From: Naegleria gruberi
Taxonomy: Eukaryota
Assembly (NCBI GenBank): GCA_000004985.1
Contig: GG738857.1
Length of the DNA stretch: 64,000 nt
Direction: 5' to 3' (one strand)
Part shown: one piece after another, positions 11,706-23,360 of the stretch
How positions within the stretch are numbered: position 1 is the first letter of the stretch
Layout of the letters: each line of letters opens with the position of its first letter
Program-made: the position numbers and the translations under genes
The notes under the pieces: model-generated
What the model was told of the DNA's origin: nothing
Seen by the model: the letters and a program-made list of their open reading frames with translations, nothing else
Databases searched by the model: none

Positions 11706-12931
11706 ATGGTCATTGATATTAGTCCTAGTTCATTCAAGAGAGTTGGTGTTGTTTATAATCCAATTTCAAGAGGAGGTAAGTAAAATAATTAGATGGTGAT
11801 AATTAATATATGCGATGATCAAATTATCAATTAATAATAGGTCAATCTGGAGCCTTGTTTAAGAATACAATTCATCCACTTCTTGACAAATATTTGAAGG
11901 AACGTATGGTAAAATGTAGAGCCACTGAAAGTATGGGTGATGGCAGTAGATGTGCTTTTGAATTGGTTGTTGAAGATAAATGTGATTTGATTATCACACT
12001 TGGTGGTGATGGTTCTACACAAAATACTCTCAACGGTTTAGTGAGAGGTTGTTTGTATTTGGATCCTCAAGCTTTGGCAAAGGGTGCACCACTCCCAGTT
12101 GGTTTGGCAGTTATTCCAACAGGATCTGGTAATGATTTGCAAAAGACAATCGGAGGTGAACCAGTTGACGTTTATTCAGAAGCATTCTTTGAAAGAACTG
12201 TCAAAACTATTGCAGAATCAGGCAAAGTTGTTTATGCAGATATTGGTAAAGTTGAATATACCAAAGATAATACTGGTATTATTTTGCCAGCATTGAATGA
12301 CGAACATATTCCAAAACAATATTTGAGCAATGACAGTTCTAAGAAACTTGCTTATCAATTTGATAGTGAAAATACTGGTGTTAGATTCTTTATGAATGAA
12401 AGTAGCTTTGGTATCAGTACTTCAGTTTTGAATGCTGTCAACAATAGTACCATCAGCAAGGAGATCAATTATAATGTTCAAACTTTGTGGAAACAACTTA
12501 CCTTTGTTAATCCATCGATTGACGTTGAAGTTGATGGAGAGACTGTTTATAGTGGCATTTCTCAATTGGTTTGTGTTGGTAACGGCAAGGCCTTTGGTAA
12601 TGGCATGTATCCAAATCCTAATGCAACAATTACAAGTGAAAACTTGTCCGTCTGTATTTTACATAACATTAGATTGTGGAATGTATTTTCAGTTGTCTAT
12701 TCTTTGAAGGCCGGAACAATTGGTTCATATGCATTGGCATCTCTTCTTGAAGGAAAGAAATCTTTGAAAGCAAAGAGAAGTGAATCCGAAACTCAAGATG
12801 TTTATTTGGAATGTGATGGTGAAGTTGTTGGTAAATTGCCAGCTCAATATGATGTTGTTCCAGCAATTATTAAAATGATTGTTCCAGAAAGCTCACCAGA
12901 ATATGAACTCCATAGCAAGAAGAATCTCTAA
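11706..12931 (+). CDS. Lipid kinase of the diacylglycerol-kinase catalytic-domain family (sphingosine/ceramide/acylglycerol kinase-like). Two exons: 11706-11775 and 11841-12931.
   Basis: ATG at 11706. The intron runs 11776-11840 (GTAAGT to aataatag), with a split Gly codon (g|gt). DAGK_cat signatures are LIITLGGDGSTQNTLNGL and VIPTGSGNDLQKTIG. Confidence 0.7.
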
Positions 12932-13105
12932 ATTAGCACCATAACCTAGAGTTGTACAATATTCAAGAGAATACCAATTTTGACATCCAATTTGCGAAAA
13001 ACATTAATGTATTATAAAAACAACAATCTTATTTATTCTAAAAAAGTACTTGTTATTGTTTACGAAGATAATAAATAGATCAAAATGTTGCTGTAAAGAA
13101 AGTAT

Positions 13106-14707
13106 TTATTTCAGTAACACCTTGTACTCATCAATCTCTCCTTCACATAATTCCTCTAATTTTTCCTTTCTTTCTTTGTGATCCTCAAATGCACCTTCCA
13201 TATCGTATTCACTGTATAGTCTCTTCTTGATAAATAATTTCAATTCATTTCTGTCATTTTGGGTAGTATTTACATTGTCATTGAGATGTTTCAGCCACAG
13301 GACTTCAAAACATTTTCTGAGTTGAGTATCAGAGAGTTTTGTGAGTGGCTTAGCTCTAGCTTTAAATTCTTCAAATGTTTCTCCTTCCTTTTCGTCTGCC
13401 TTTCTCTTAGCTGCTTTAAATATTGGACCACATACTTCTACATCAACCTTATTTCTCATTAATTGGAATTCATCACCAGGGTTTTCCACAGTAACTTCAT
13501 AGCATTCTCTTGGTTCGTAGGTCTTTTCTTCCACATTTTGAAGAGCATTATATCCAATCAAACTCTTTTGTTCCTTGTAACCCTTGATGGCATATGTATA
13601 AATTGCAAGGAGGAGTTTTCTTCCATGTCCTTGACGTTGGAATGGAGGCAATATTAAAAATTGACTCACTCTCAATCTTCTCTTATCTTTTAATACACCA
13701 TCTTCTTTCTTCAGGGTAAAGAATGGATATATTGATGAGAAACCAACAGGTATATATTCGAAATTATTTTCATGATCCTTAATTTTTTCATATCTGAAAG
13801 AAGAGTCAATTTAAATTATTCATGTTGAAAACTTACACTAAAAAGAATTCCCATAGATTATCTTGATCATCAATATATGAAGTTCCTTCAATAAAGAATA
13901 GACACAAGAATTGCCATGGTTTGTGAAGTGCTGCAATTTGTGACATTGTACATTTGTAAATTTCAAAAACTTTTCCATCTCTATAATAAACATCAATTTG
14001 TTCTCCTTTTGGTGTATTTGGTTGATTTATCTTGGATTTAAATTCAGATAAATTTTCAGTATATGGGAAGTAGAGAGGGACTGCACTAAATTCCGAGAAT
14101 TGAAATTCCAACTCCTTTGCAGCAAAGATTGATTTAACATCTGTTGCGTCATCACTTTATAAAATCAGTTAAGTTATCCACTTTCCAATAAAACCTACCT
14201 CTTAGTGTCATACTGAACGTTAAACCAACAGTATAATGATTTAGTAAAATAGAAATTAATTCGGAGGTTCTCATAACCATCTAATACATTGTTATTATCA
14301 TATAACAATCAAAACATACCAATTTTTTCCTCTTCTCCAAATAATTGATAGGTGAATTGTGGATGGAATTCCATCAATTTATGATGATGTTCTACATCAT
14401 TTGTATCAATGTATTGTTGTTCAATATCGGATTCGTTTCTGACAAGACGGAAGCGAATAACATCGTTGGCACTACACGTTAATTCATCATCACGGCTTAC
14501 ATCTGATGCTTCATCTTGTTCTTCAAAATCTTCAAGATCATCTTCATGGGATTCAGCACCCTCCATCTCAACCATCTTGTTTAACTTGTTAAACTTTTTG
14601 GTTTCTTGTGAAGTATTGTGAATACTGCTTCCGCTATCGGTGAGTTGTTCTTCGTTGGTTGCTGTGCCAGAAATTGAGAGCTTCTTCTTCTTTGCAAATG
14701 GTTCCAT
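13106..14707 (-). CDS. HAT1: Histone acetyltransferase type B catalytic subunit (HAT1). Four exons on the minus strand.
   Basis: Exon 1 (14707 to about 14320) encodes VIRFRLV...FHPQFTYQLFGEEEKI, matching the HAT1 N-terminal domain. The last exon (13793-13106) has SQFLILPPFQRQGHGRKLL, the acetyl-CoA-binding motif. Intron 13836-13794 (43 nt, GTAAGT to tttcag) links the middle exon (EFQFSEF...EFFLV) to the last exon, with gt|a forming Val. The exon 1 / exon 2 junction lies somewhere in 14140-14320 and I could not resolve it. Confidence 0.75.
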
Positions 14708-14730
14708 TTTTTTTTGGTTTTTCAACAATA

Positions 14731-14762
14731 TTTGGCGCTAAACGATTTCATTTGGCGGGAAG
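14731..14762. promoter_or_regulatory. Two E2F-like sites, TTTGGCGC and TTTGGCGGGAAG, just 5' of the HAT1 start codon
   Basis: TTTGGCGC lies at 14731-14738 and TTTGGCGGGAAG at 14751-14762. Both are 24-55 nt upstream of the minus-strand HAT1 ATG at 14707. The TTTSSCGC E2F consensus is well established and HAT1 is S-phase regulated in other eukaryotes. This is motif-level evidence only. Confidence 0.3.
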
Positions 14763-14854
14763 AAATTCCTAAAATTTGTGTAATAATCCATTTCAACAAA
14801 ATTAAACTGAATTTGTTAGCTAATTGATTCAATAAATAATGAAATCTTTTATCT

Positions 14855-15570
14855 TTATCTTCTGAATCTTAAATTTGGCATGACAGCTGGCTTTAAATGT
14901 TGATAATGTTGAGAGCTAGTTCTTCCTTCTCTAATTCTTCTCATATGATCATTAGATCTTACTGGACTGCGTCTTGGAAATCTAATTGGTTCTCTACCAC
15001 CAATAGTAATTGGTTCAAGCACTCCACCAATTGGTTGAACAGATGGACTCCTTTTTATAGGATACTTTGGTTGGACCAAATTCTTTCTAATTTTCTTCAT
15101 AAAAGCGTCTGATCTCTTTGGTGACATGAATCCTCTTTGGCCAGCTCTTGGACTATTCTTTCTATTATATTCTTCTCTAATTCTCTTCATGAAGGAATCA
15201 GATCTCTTTGGGGACATGAATCCACGTCCTCTCTTAATAACTTTTGGATATCTTTCTCCAATTTCTCTTCCTGACCACTTTTTGGAATCGTTTGGCTTTT
15301 TGGTCAAAATATTTAGAATTTGATTTCTTCTTTTAATCTATGTTGAATATATTTCAGAATAAATTGTTATACTGTGAGATGAATAGTCCAAATTGATGAT
15401 CAACTTACCATTCCATTTCTTTCTCTCAATTGACTAACAATCTTTCCATCAAGGAAGAAGCCAAGACTTTCCCATCCTTGTTTTTCAAAACTGTCATCAG
15501 TTTGTTGTGCAAGAACGACAACATTCAACAAGGCGAAAAGGACAACCACAACTGCCACAGCAATCTTCAT
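14855..15570 (-). CDS. Secreted, highly basic repeat-containing protein that looks like a peptide precursor. Two exons: 15570-15409 and 15337-14855.
   Basis: Exon 1 is MKIAVAVVVVLFALLNVVVLAQQ..., a classic signal peptide; the ATG is at 15570, or possibly 15630. The intron runs 15408-15338 (71 nt, GTAAGT to caacatag). Exon 2 carries a duplicated unit, RGFMSPKRSD(S/A)FMK(R/K)IR, flanked by KR, RR and GR basic pairs. The theoretical pI is very high. The same nucleotide duplication is visible at 15065-15125 versus 15179-15240. Confidence 0.5.
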
Positions 15571-16662
15571 CTTGTTAATTTTTTTGCAATGGTGGTTACA
15601 ACCTTGCCATATCAAGATTGCTTCCTTCATTTCAACCTAATTGGAGTATTCGATTATAATGACTGTTCTTTGAGTGAAGAAATGGATATGATCTTTACAA
15701 TTTACAATTGCAAATAAATGGGTGATTTGGATGGACAAATTGTTTGGAAAAATGTCTTGCCCATCTGCTCATAGATTCAGTTTCAGTTTTTGTCAAGTGA
15801 ATTTAAGGGAGTGCCTTAGTGAACATCACCTGATACGTTCGCCTAACCTTCCCAATTCAATAGTGGAAGCATAAACTCTCTTCAATGGTTATTATCATTA
15901 TGCTCTTTTTTTGAAAACCCAATTATTTCAAAATGAAACAGTTCATCACTCTGATAAATGAAAACAAGGCGTTCGTTCTGTTGATTCAAGATGTTTTATT
16001 CAACACCAGATTCGTTTCTTAGAAGTGAATAGCATTGTTTGGAAGAAGCCAAAACCATCATCTGAAAAATTACAAATGAATCCCTAATCTCTATTCAAAA
16101 TCTCCATCTAGATTATTGTATCCATCACGTTTACAATTCACTACGGAAGCTCAAATCTTATTAATAACAACATCACCAAGAACCGAACAAATCTTTTATC
16201 TGACCGTTCCTTAACAATTTACAGTTCTTTTTTTTAGTATTTTGGGTTTGTCTCGCCATTTATTACAGCTGCTAAAACCTCAACTTCCGCAAGAAGCTAG
16301 GCCTTTGATTGGTCTCACCAAAGCAAAAATGCCCTTAAAAAAAAAGACACCCATTTCTTGTTACTTGGCTGCCCTTTTGCGCGTTTTTTTTGCAACTCAT
16401 CACCCTCTTGAGCCAGTGACTTTGTATTAATATATATTGGCGGAGAAGAATATAGCAATAATAATTTGATTCGGACTTTGTGTTCTTGTGTGATAGTAGT
16501 AGTATTTGTATTTTTTGATTGTAGTAGAATAGTCTCTCATTATCATTTTGACAAGTTTAAAGTGGACGTTATTTCATCATCAGCATCAGCATCAATAGAA
16601 AAGGTTTCGAACCTGTATAACTGTCATCTTGAATAATTATTTAATTACTGTATAATATAGAA

Positions 16663-18011
16663 ATGTTTTATGCCGCCGGAGCTAATGAACATGGTAGGTT
16701 ATTAGTAATAATTAAATAGTAAATTGATGGAATATCAAATTAATTTATAGGTCAATTGGGGAATGGTACTTACTCGAACGTTATGGATCTCTCTCCCATC
16801 AACATATCAGCTCATCACTATAGACAAAAAACCTATCGTCAGCTAGGTCCCAAATGTCTTGCTGATTTTGCATCACTCGATGAACGTTCATTGATTGGTC
16901 TTTGTAAAATTAAACAAATTGCTTGTGGTAAACGTCATACCATGATACTAACTGGTAAGTTATTGTATCACAGCATGTTCAAGCTAATTAAACTATTTAA
17001 ATAGAGGAAAATGATTTGTATGCTTGCGGAGATAATTCCAACTCTCAACTTGGAGTCTATGAAACAATATCCAATAATACTGTTGAATGGATAGATTTTG
17101 AACCCGCTAGGACGTCAAGAATTACCTCAATTGCTTGCAGCTCTAATTCTTCCTTTATATTTTTGGAAAATGGTGAAATGTACAAAACAAGTCCTAACAA
17201 AATCTCTAATTTATCCCACAAAAATTCATTTTTCAAACTTACCATCGATAGCAAGAGCCAAGTGAAGAATTTCTTTAGCTCACCAACAACGAGTAGATTC
17301 CACATACTAACCAATGATAATTCTGTATTTGTAGGAGGGGAAGATGAGCAAGGTTTTTGGTTGTCAAGACAAGACCAAGCTCTGAAACCGACATCATTCC
17401 CTATCATCACCAACCCAATTAAAATAATTTCAAGTGGAGGTTTCCATACAGTCATTATTACCGAGAAGAATGAATATTTCAGTTTGGGAGGAAATTATTT
17501 CTATCAACGAGGTGACACAGATGATAGAGCTGCCATTAGAGAAGGTACTAATTTACCATTCTCTGGAAAGGCTATTAGTCAAGTTTGTTGTGGACATTTC
17601 CACACACTAGTGTTGTGTGCAGATGGAAGCTTGTATGCTTGTGGTAAAAACAGTCATGGACAACTTGGAAGCCCAACCCTCAATGAAAAGAATCTCTACA
17701 TGAAAGTACCAATTAATGCCTATATACACTCAATGCTTTGTGGAACAGACCATACCGTATTATTATCAACTGATAAGAGAGTTATGAGATGTGGAAAAAA
17801 TGACAGAGGGCAAATCTTTATAGATTTCAAAAAGCAAAACTCATCATTTGAAATGCTGAAAGTCAAGGAGTTTGCCCATTTGGCTTGTGGTGCTCATTTT
17901 ACAATATGTTATGGAGACATGACCTATGTTATTAATCGTTTCCCAAAGATTGCTTCATTTCTGAAGAGAACAGAACTATCTGATGTGAGGATTAAGTGTT
18001 ATGACGATTAA
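16663..18011 (+). CDS. RCC1-repeat (regulator of chromosome condensation-like) protein. Three exons: 16663-16693, 16751-16954 and 17005-18011.
   Basis: Exon 1 is MFYAAGANEH plus g. Intron 16694-16750 (GTAGGT to tttatag) gives ...HGQLGNGTYS. Intron 16955-17004 (GTAAGT to aaatag) gives ...ILTG-E-NDLYACGDNSNSQLG. The GxNxxGQLG and CGxxHT motifs recur at least six times. Confidence 0.7.
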
Positions 18012-18216
18012 TCAATTTTGAGACATTCACAATAAAAATATTTGCAAACAAAAGAATTAGACTTCCGGAAAAACTTTATATTACATAATTATGGACTTAA
18101 TTTCTAAATTAATCAAATTAAATCAGTAAATTAATCAGCAGAATTAATATGCTTAATTATGATCACATACAAAAAAGTAAACGTAGCTCAGAGACTTTTT
18201 GTTATTTGTATTTCTT

Positions 18217-20256
18217 TTATTGTTGGTTGGTATTGAGAATATACGATAGTTTGTGTTTAGGTTGATCTGGTAAACTATCTGAAGATTTGGAAAATGTTGA
18301 GTGTTTTTGTTTTTCGGTAGTCCATCTCTTAAATGAATCGAAAATGATATTATTCACGACAATATCCTCCAAACCACTAAAAAGTTCCTGCTGTCCAATA
18401 CCACTATTAATTTTGTATCTATATGAATCCAATTCTGTGCTTGAAATATTCAGCAATTTTGGAGCGTTTGGAGCCAAATACTTTTGATACATTTCCTTCT
18501 GCAGTTCACTTCTTTGCTGTAAATTGTTCAGCATCTTGTAGAATTGAACATCTTCCAAGAAGAGTATGGATTCTTCATTGTGCTCCTTAATACAGAACTC
18601 TTTAAATTCATTTCTCTTGGTGTGGTTGTCGAACATTTCCTTAAATTCAATTTTTTCTACGAGTTTGTTGTATTGGGTTTCCTTTTCCTTCAAGTGCTTC
18701 AAGAGGGATGTTTTATCTGTATGGTTGTGGATGAGAAGGACGCAAACCAAAATATAATCAGAGATTTCTTCTGTTGACTTATCCTCTGATTGATGCTTGT
18801 TTGCCTCAGTTTTGAGCATTTTACAAAAGTTGATAGAAACTCTCACATTGAACTCAATGCCCACCTTACTAGAGGCAACAGTTTCAAGATCGTGGAATGA
18901 TGCTTCATCTCCTTCAGTGAGGGCTTTTTCAAACATTTCTTTCAAATTGAGTTTTGGTAGAATTGAATTAATGATAGTTGACCTATCCTTTTCACCTCTT
19001 CTCAAATCAATTTCTGTCAGTGAAAACATGTTGTAGAATGCATTATTACAGTGAATAATGGATCCATCAGTTAGAATTGTAATGACAGCATCATCGATGG
19101 TGTTCAAAATTCTTCTTGTTCTCTGCTCCTCGAGAGAAATCTTATCCAATAGCACAGATAATTGTTGATGACTCTGAGCTAGATCTTTCGTCCTCTCTGC
19201 CACCTTAATTTCTAATTTGTTTTGAATGATGAGGTATTCCTTCTTTCTAAAATAGTCCTGAACCAATTGGAAGACTGCCAGAATGACTAGAACTGCCAAA
19301 ATAAAATTCAAAACAATACCAAAAGCAATTTCCACATAGTAGGTATCTTCGTGGGTCCATCCTTGTAAAGGTTTTAACAAGAGTTTGTATTCGCTATTGA
19401 GAATGGTCATATTTACAGAGATTGCATCATCAATGCTAGTCAAGTTGGTAGTGATACCATTTGTTGTCATGTTGGTACCATTTCTGGCCTCTAAGAAAAT
19501 TCTATTTTGTTCATATTCATATAATTGATATTCATAACCTTTGAGAGTATCATGGAGGTTGATTCTGTTGAATAATGTTGTAAAATAGATGATTGAACTC
19601 GATAATCCCCAAAATGTTTGATTAGGATAAAACAATGGGTACTGTGTAATGAGAGCAGCTGTTGCTAATCTCTTAATATAGATTGGTCCAAAGATTGTAG
19701 TTTCCTTCAGTTCAATTGCTCTGTTGATGGCTCTCAAGTGAGCTGCTTCACTACCAACAACCTTTCCATAAACAAACGAAAGAACAAGTCCCTTGTCAAT
19801 TTCGAATTGTGCTAATTCCGGATAAATTACATTTAACCTCGAACCAAGGTCTGCAAATGAAGAATCCGTTATTGTATAATTTGATGAATAAATTACTTGA
19901 GCAATTGAAACTAAACTACTCATTGACAATTCTATTTGTCTTTTCATGGCCAAGTAGGCTGTTAATCCCACCTGTGTAACTTGTGCCTTCTTTGTTTCCA
20001 TTCTATTATCATCAACAGTTTTTAAAACGACAGACGTCACCGGCACAGTCACACACAAGGCAACCAATGCCAGAACTAAACCCAATATTATACTCAATAT
20101 ATAGACTCCTCGTTGTCTTTTCGATAATTCTTGTTTCAAATTTCCTACAACATTTTCACTTGTTGAAAGAGCTTGTTTAGATTGTTTTAATGTTGGAGTT
20201 GAATCTCCAGCCACAGTTGGCCCAATTTCTTCGTCTATTAGCGAATCCAGCACCAT
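18217..20256 (-). CDS. Two-TM sensor receptor. An extracellular CHASE/Cache-like domain sits between the TM helices, followed by a coiled coil, a PAS domain and a C-terminal RGS domain.
   Basis: Continuous 679-aa ORF with ATG at 20256. The TM helices are VYILSIILGLVLALVALCVTVPV and VEIAFGIVLNFILAVLVILAVFQLV, with about 250 aa between them. The PAS-like block is RILNTIDDAVITILTDGSIIHCNNAFYNMF. The C-terminal RGS box runs EFCIKEHNEESILFLEDVQFYK...YQKYLAPNAPKLLNISS...FDSFKRW. Confidence 0.6.
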   Translation of the reverse strand: MVLDSLIDEEIGPTVAGDSTPTLKQSKQALSTSENVVGNLKQELSKRQRGVYILSIILGLVLALVALCVTVPVTSVVLKTVDDNRMETKKAQVTQVGLTAYLAMKRQIELSMSSLVSIAQVIYSSNYTITDSSFADLGSRLNVIYPELAQFEIDKGLVLSFVYGKVVGSEAAHLRAINRAIELKETTIFGPIYIKRLATAALITQYPLFYPNQTFWGLSSSIIYFTTLFNRINLHDTLKGYEYQLYEYEQNRIFLEARNGTNMTTNGITTNLTSIDDAISVNMTILNSEYKLLLKPLQGWTHEDTYYVEIAFGIVLNFILAVLVILAVFQLVQDYFRKKEYLIIQNKLEIKVAERTKDLAQSHQQLSVLLDKISLEEQRTRRILNTIDDAVITILTDGSIIHCNNAFYNMFSLTEIDLRRGEKDRSTIINSILPKLNLKEMFEKALTEGDEASFHDLETVASSKVGIEFNVRVSINFCKMLKTEANKHQSEDKSTEEISDYILVCVLLIHNHTDKTSLLKHLKEKETQYNKLVEKIEFKEMFDNHTKRNEFKEFCIKEHNEESILFLEDVQFYKMLNNLQQRSELQKEMYQKYLAPNAPKLLNISSTELDSYRYKINSGIGQQELFSGLEDIVVNNIIFDSFKRWTTEKQKHSTFSKSSDSLPDQPKHKLSYILNTNQQ

Positions 20257-21743
20257 TTGAATGTTGTGAGAGTGAATCTACAAAATATATTAAAAAGTGA
20301 GAAGAAGAATCAGTGTTGGCTTCTTTTTTTCAAAATTGTGTTGGAAATGTGATGGATGCTTTTTGTATAACACAATGATATTCTCTTATCCACACTATTA
20401 AAAATACTACTACTACTATCAAATATATTCAAAAAACAACTCTAAAAGGCTAACTCCTTCGCTACTAGAAATATTATTGTTATCGGTTGGAGAGTTTGTT
20501 TTTTTGGCGCGAATTTTTCAAAGCGAAAAACCAACAGGTTTGTGTTCTTTTTTTCAGAGTTGAAAAGCGGTAACTTGTTCCAGCTGGAAAGGAGAGCTTG
20601 CACCTTCTTTGTTAGAAAAAGTAACATGAAAGTGTTGAATGAATGGGAATTATGAGAGACTATGAAAATGCATGGAGATGATTGGTTGACAATTTGGCAG
20701 TGATGTTGATTTTCGTGAACTCACGTCGTAGTGTTGATTCTGTCTGTGGTAACCAAGTTGAGAAGGTGGTTGGACAAATAGCCAGTTAAGAGAAAGAGTT
20801 ACCATTTCAATTATTATGGCAAAAAACATTGTTGTTTTTAACAAGATGTAAAAACTGTATCTGTAATGGAGTGAAAACATTGTATGCAAGGAAAATAGTG
20901 TTGTAGTCATTGAATTACTGTTGTAATAACATGTTGAAAGCCATGTTTTAATTTGCAATTGCTTACAGTCACTGTCGATTGGGAAGTCATTTTAGATGTA
21001 AAAATGCACAAGGTAGCTTACAATGTGGAAAATAAAAAGGTTAAAGAGAATAATTGCATGAACCCGTTGGATTTCCAAATGTGGTGTTTGTTACAGGTTC
21101 ATAACCACTATACATATTTGGATGATTTAAAAAACAATAAGGAAGGAATTCAATATTTGAGGAACGATATACTGTTTGATGTGGTTTACTGTAAACAGTT
21201 CGATATCGATTGCATGAGTCCAATTTATTGTATTGTTTCAATTTCTCATTCTTTCTAATAACCAGCAAAGCCAACCGATGAAAACGCCATGTTCAACCAA
21301 CTCGAATTTCACATCAAAAGTTTTTAGTAATCCCCCTCATCAAGACAAACAAGTCAACTCTTTTTTTCATATTTGAATATGAGTGCTCACGCCTCCATTG
21401 CCTCGTGCTTAATGGACCAACAGGAAGACACATCAGCTAAGGGCATCCTCAATTGTGAAAGAATTTTGCCTGTACGGATAAATATGGATGAATTTCTATT
21501 GAGCATAAGTCTCCAATTGGAGTGTATCCAAACAGAGATGATGCACGTACAGGAAGAGGCACAACAGATTCAAGCTTGGTCAAGGGCGAGTTGTGTGTGT
21601 GATTTGATGATGCCTCGAATCGAGAGCTCTTACATCAGCAACAGCTACTACTCTTGAGGATATAGGCAGCATCCTTTATATAGAGACCATCAAGAAAAAA
21701 ACAACAACAATCTCATACTCATTTACCTTAGATCTTGTTAAGA

Positions 21744-22292
21744 ATGGGTGGATGTGCCAGTATGTGTTCTAGTAATGTACACGTTCCATCATCAGTGAGA
21801 AGGGACTGTTATACTCAATTAACAAAGACTTGTAGTACTGGAAGCGTTTGTAAGGAGAGTTGCTTTTCTACAACAACATTCAAGATTAAACACATCAAAT
21901 CTTTGGATGATATGTCTTCGACAGCTAATTGTTGGGAAAATGTTAATCTGCTCTCTAATAGAAGTAGTCTGAATCAATCAGTAATGCTTACTAATCAAGG
22001 TGTTCCAGTTCTAATGCTCTCTTCATTTTCTTCATCCTACTCTCCATCTTCAAATGCTAGTGTTTGTTCTTTTAGATCTAAAATTGAAGAACTGCCTCCA
22101 ATCACATCTAAGAATACTCCAATTAAATTACCACCTCTTGCTCAATCAACTGTTGAAGAAGCATGCAATACATCTCCAATCAAGAAATCCCACATTCCTT
22201 TCATTCTCATTCATGAATCCTCAGCCTCTAAGTTAAGCCCACCAAATACGTTGCCTTCGTTGGACTATGATTTCCTAGTGCCTGAAAGTTGA
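21744..22292 (+). CDS. Hypothetical Ser-rich protein with an N-terminal MGGC motif, a candidate myristoylation/palmitoylation signal
   Basis: ATG at 21744 gives MGGCASMCSS.... The rest is low complexity and has no recognisable domain. Coding status rests only on ORF length and codon usage. Confidence 0.3.
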   Translation: MGGCASMCSSNVHVPSSVRRDCYTQLTKTCSTGSVCKESCFSTTTFKIKHIKSLDDMSSTANCWENVNLLSNRSSLNQSVMLTNQGVPVLMLSSFSSSYSPSSNASVCSFRSKIEELPPITSKNTPIKLPPLAQSTVEEACNTSPIKKSHIPFILIHESSASKLSPPNTLPSLDYDFLVPES

Positions 22293-23360
22293 ATGCAGTA
22301 ACCCTTAATCGGAAGGAAGAGTAAAGTTGCAACTTGAGAATAAGGAATGAGAAGAAGCCAAACGAGACCTCAACAATTTGGTAATGATAACTGTTGCTTG
22401 AGGACATACAAATAAGGTTCTAATATTTCTATGCTAGTATTTGAACATGCCTTTATTGAAAAGGCATTAATAAAGACACTAACTGTTTAACTGGAATGAT
22501 GAGTCAATTTGTGCCTTGATTTCATACTAGCAGAATACCAACAGTTGATTGTATAATTCAATCCCTCTCTTACGTTTGATGGAAATAATGTGATAAATGT
22601 TAAAATCCGAATTCGGTGCGTGGCTAAGGGTCATTGAAGTGTCGATTGACATTAAATACACGACAGAGAAAAGTAGATTCGTGGCTATATTCAATGGTTA
22701 TCAGAGTTGGATATTATTATACTCTCCATTTCGCTTATCTCTCCTATTCCGACTTAATGATGATTGGAATCTTAATTGTGTCCTTTCATTGTCTACGATA
22801 ATGTCTCTTCGCAACAAACAAATAAACAATATGAAACGACCCCTAAAACCCTATTTTCCTCAATGCCATTAATAACATAGCTCTTGTCTCTAGTCAATTA
22901 TTGCAATGTCACTTGACAAGATATTTTACCTCAATGAAATTAAAGTAAACTCATAGCATTCTAATAGGTCTATAATGAACCTTATCCCAAGCTTCACAAT
23001 TGTGCCTCTCAACATGTTGAGACGTTTAAATCAAGTTCTCTATTCCATCAACCACAACCATTTCCAAATCTAAATCCACAACAACAATCTGAACTGTGTA
23101 AATTGAAATCTTCCTCAACAAGCAACAACAACTCCTCAATATCAAAGCTTGCCAGCACAAACAAACTCGTCCAAGCAATCATCACCTCAAAACAAGGATG
23201 GAACTTGTAACTCATCAAAAAAAAATAGTGCACACTGAACTCACTCTACAGGTGTGTTCACACTTCCGTTAGCCTCCATAAAGACATCAACAACAAGCAT
23301 TTTCATTCATCACCATCATCATTCCGAGCCAATACAATAATAATTTTTCTGTGATTAGAG

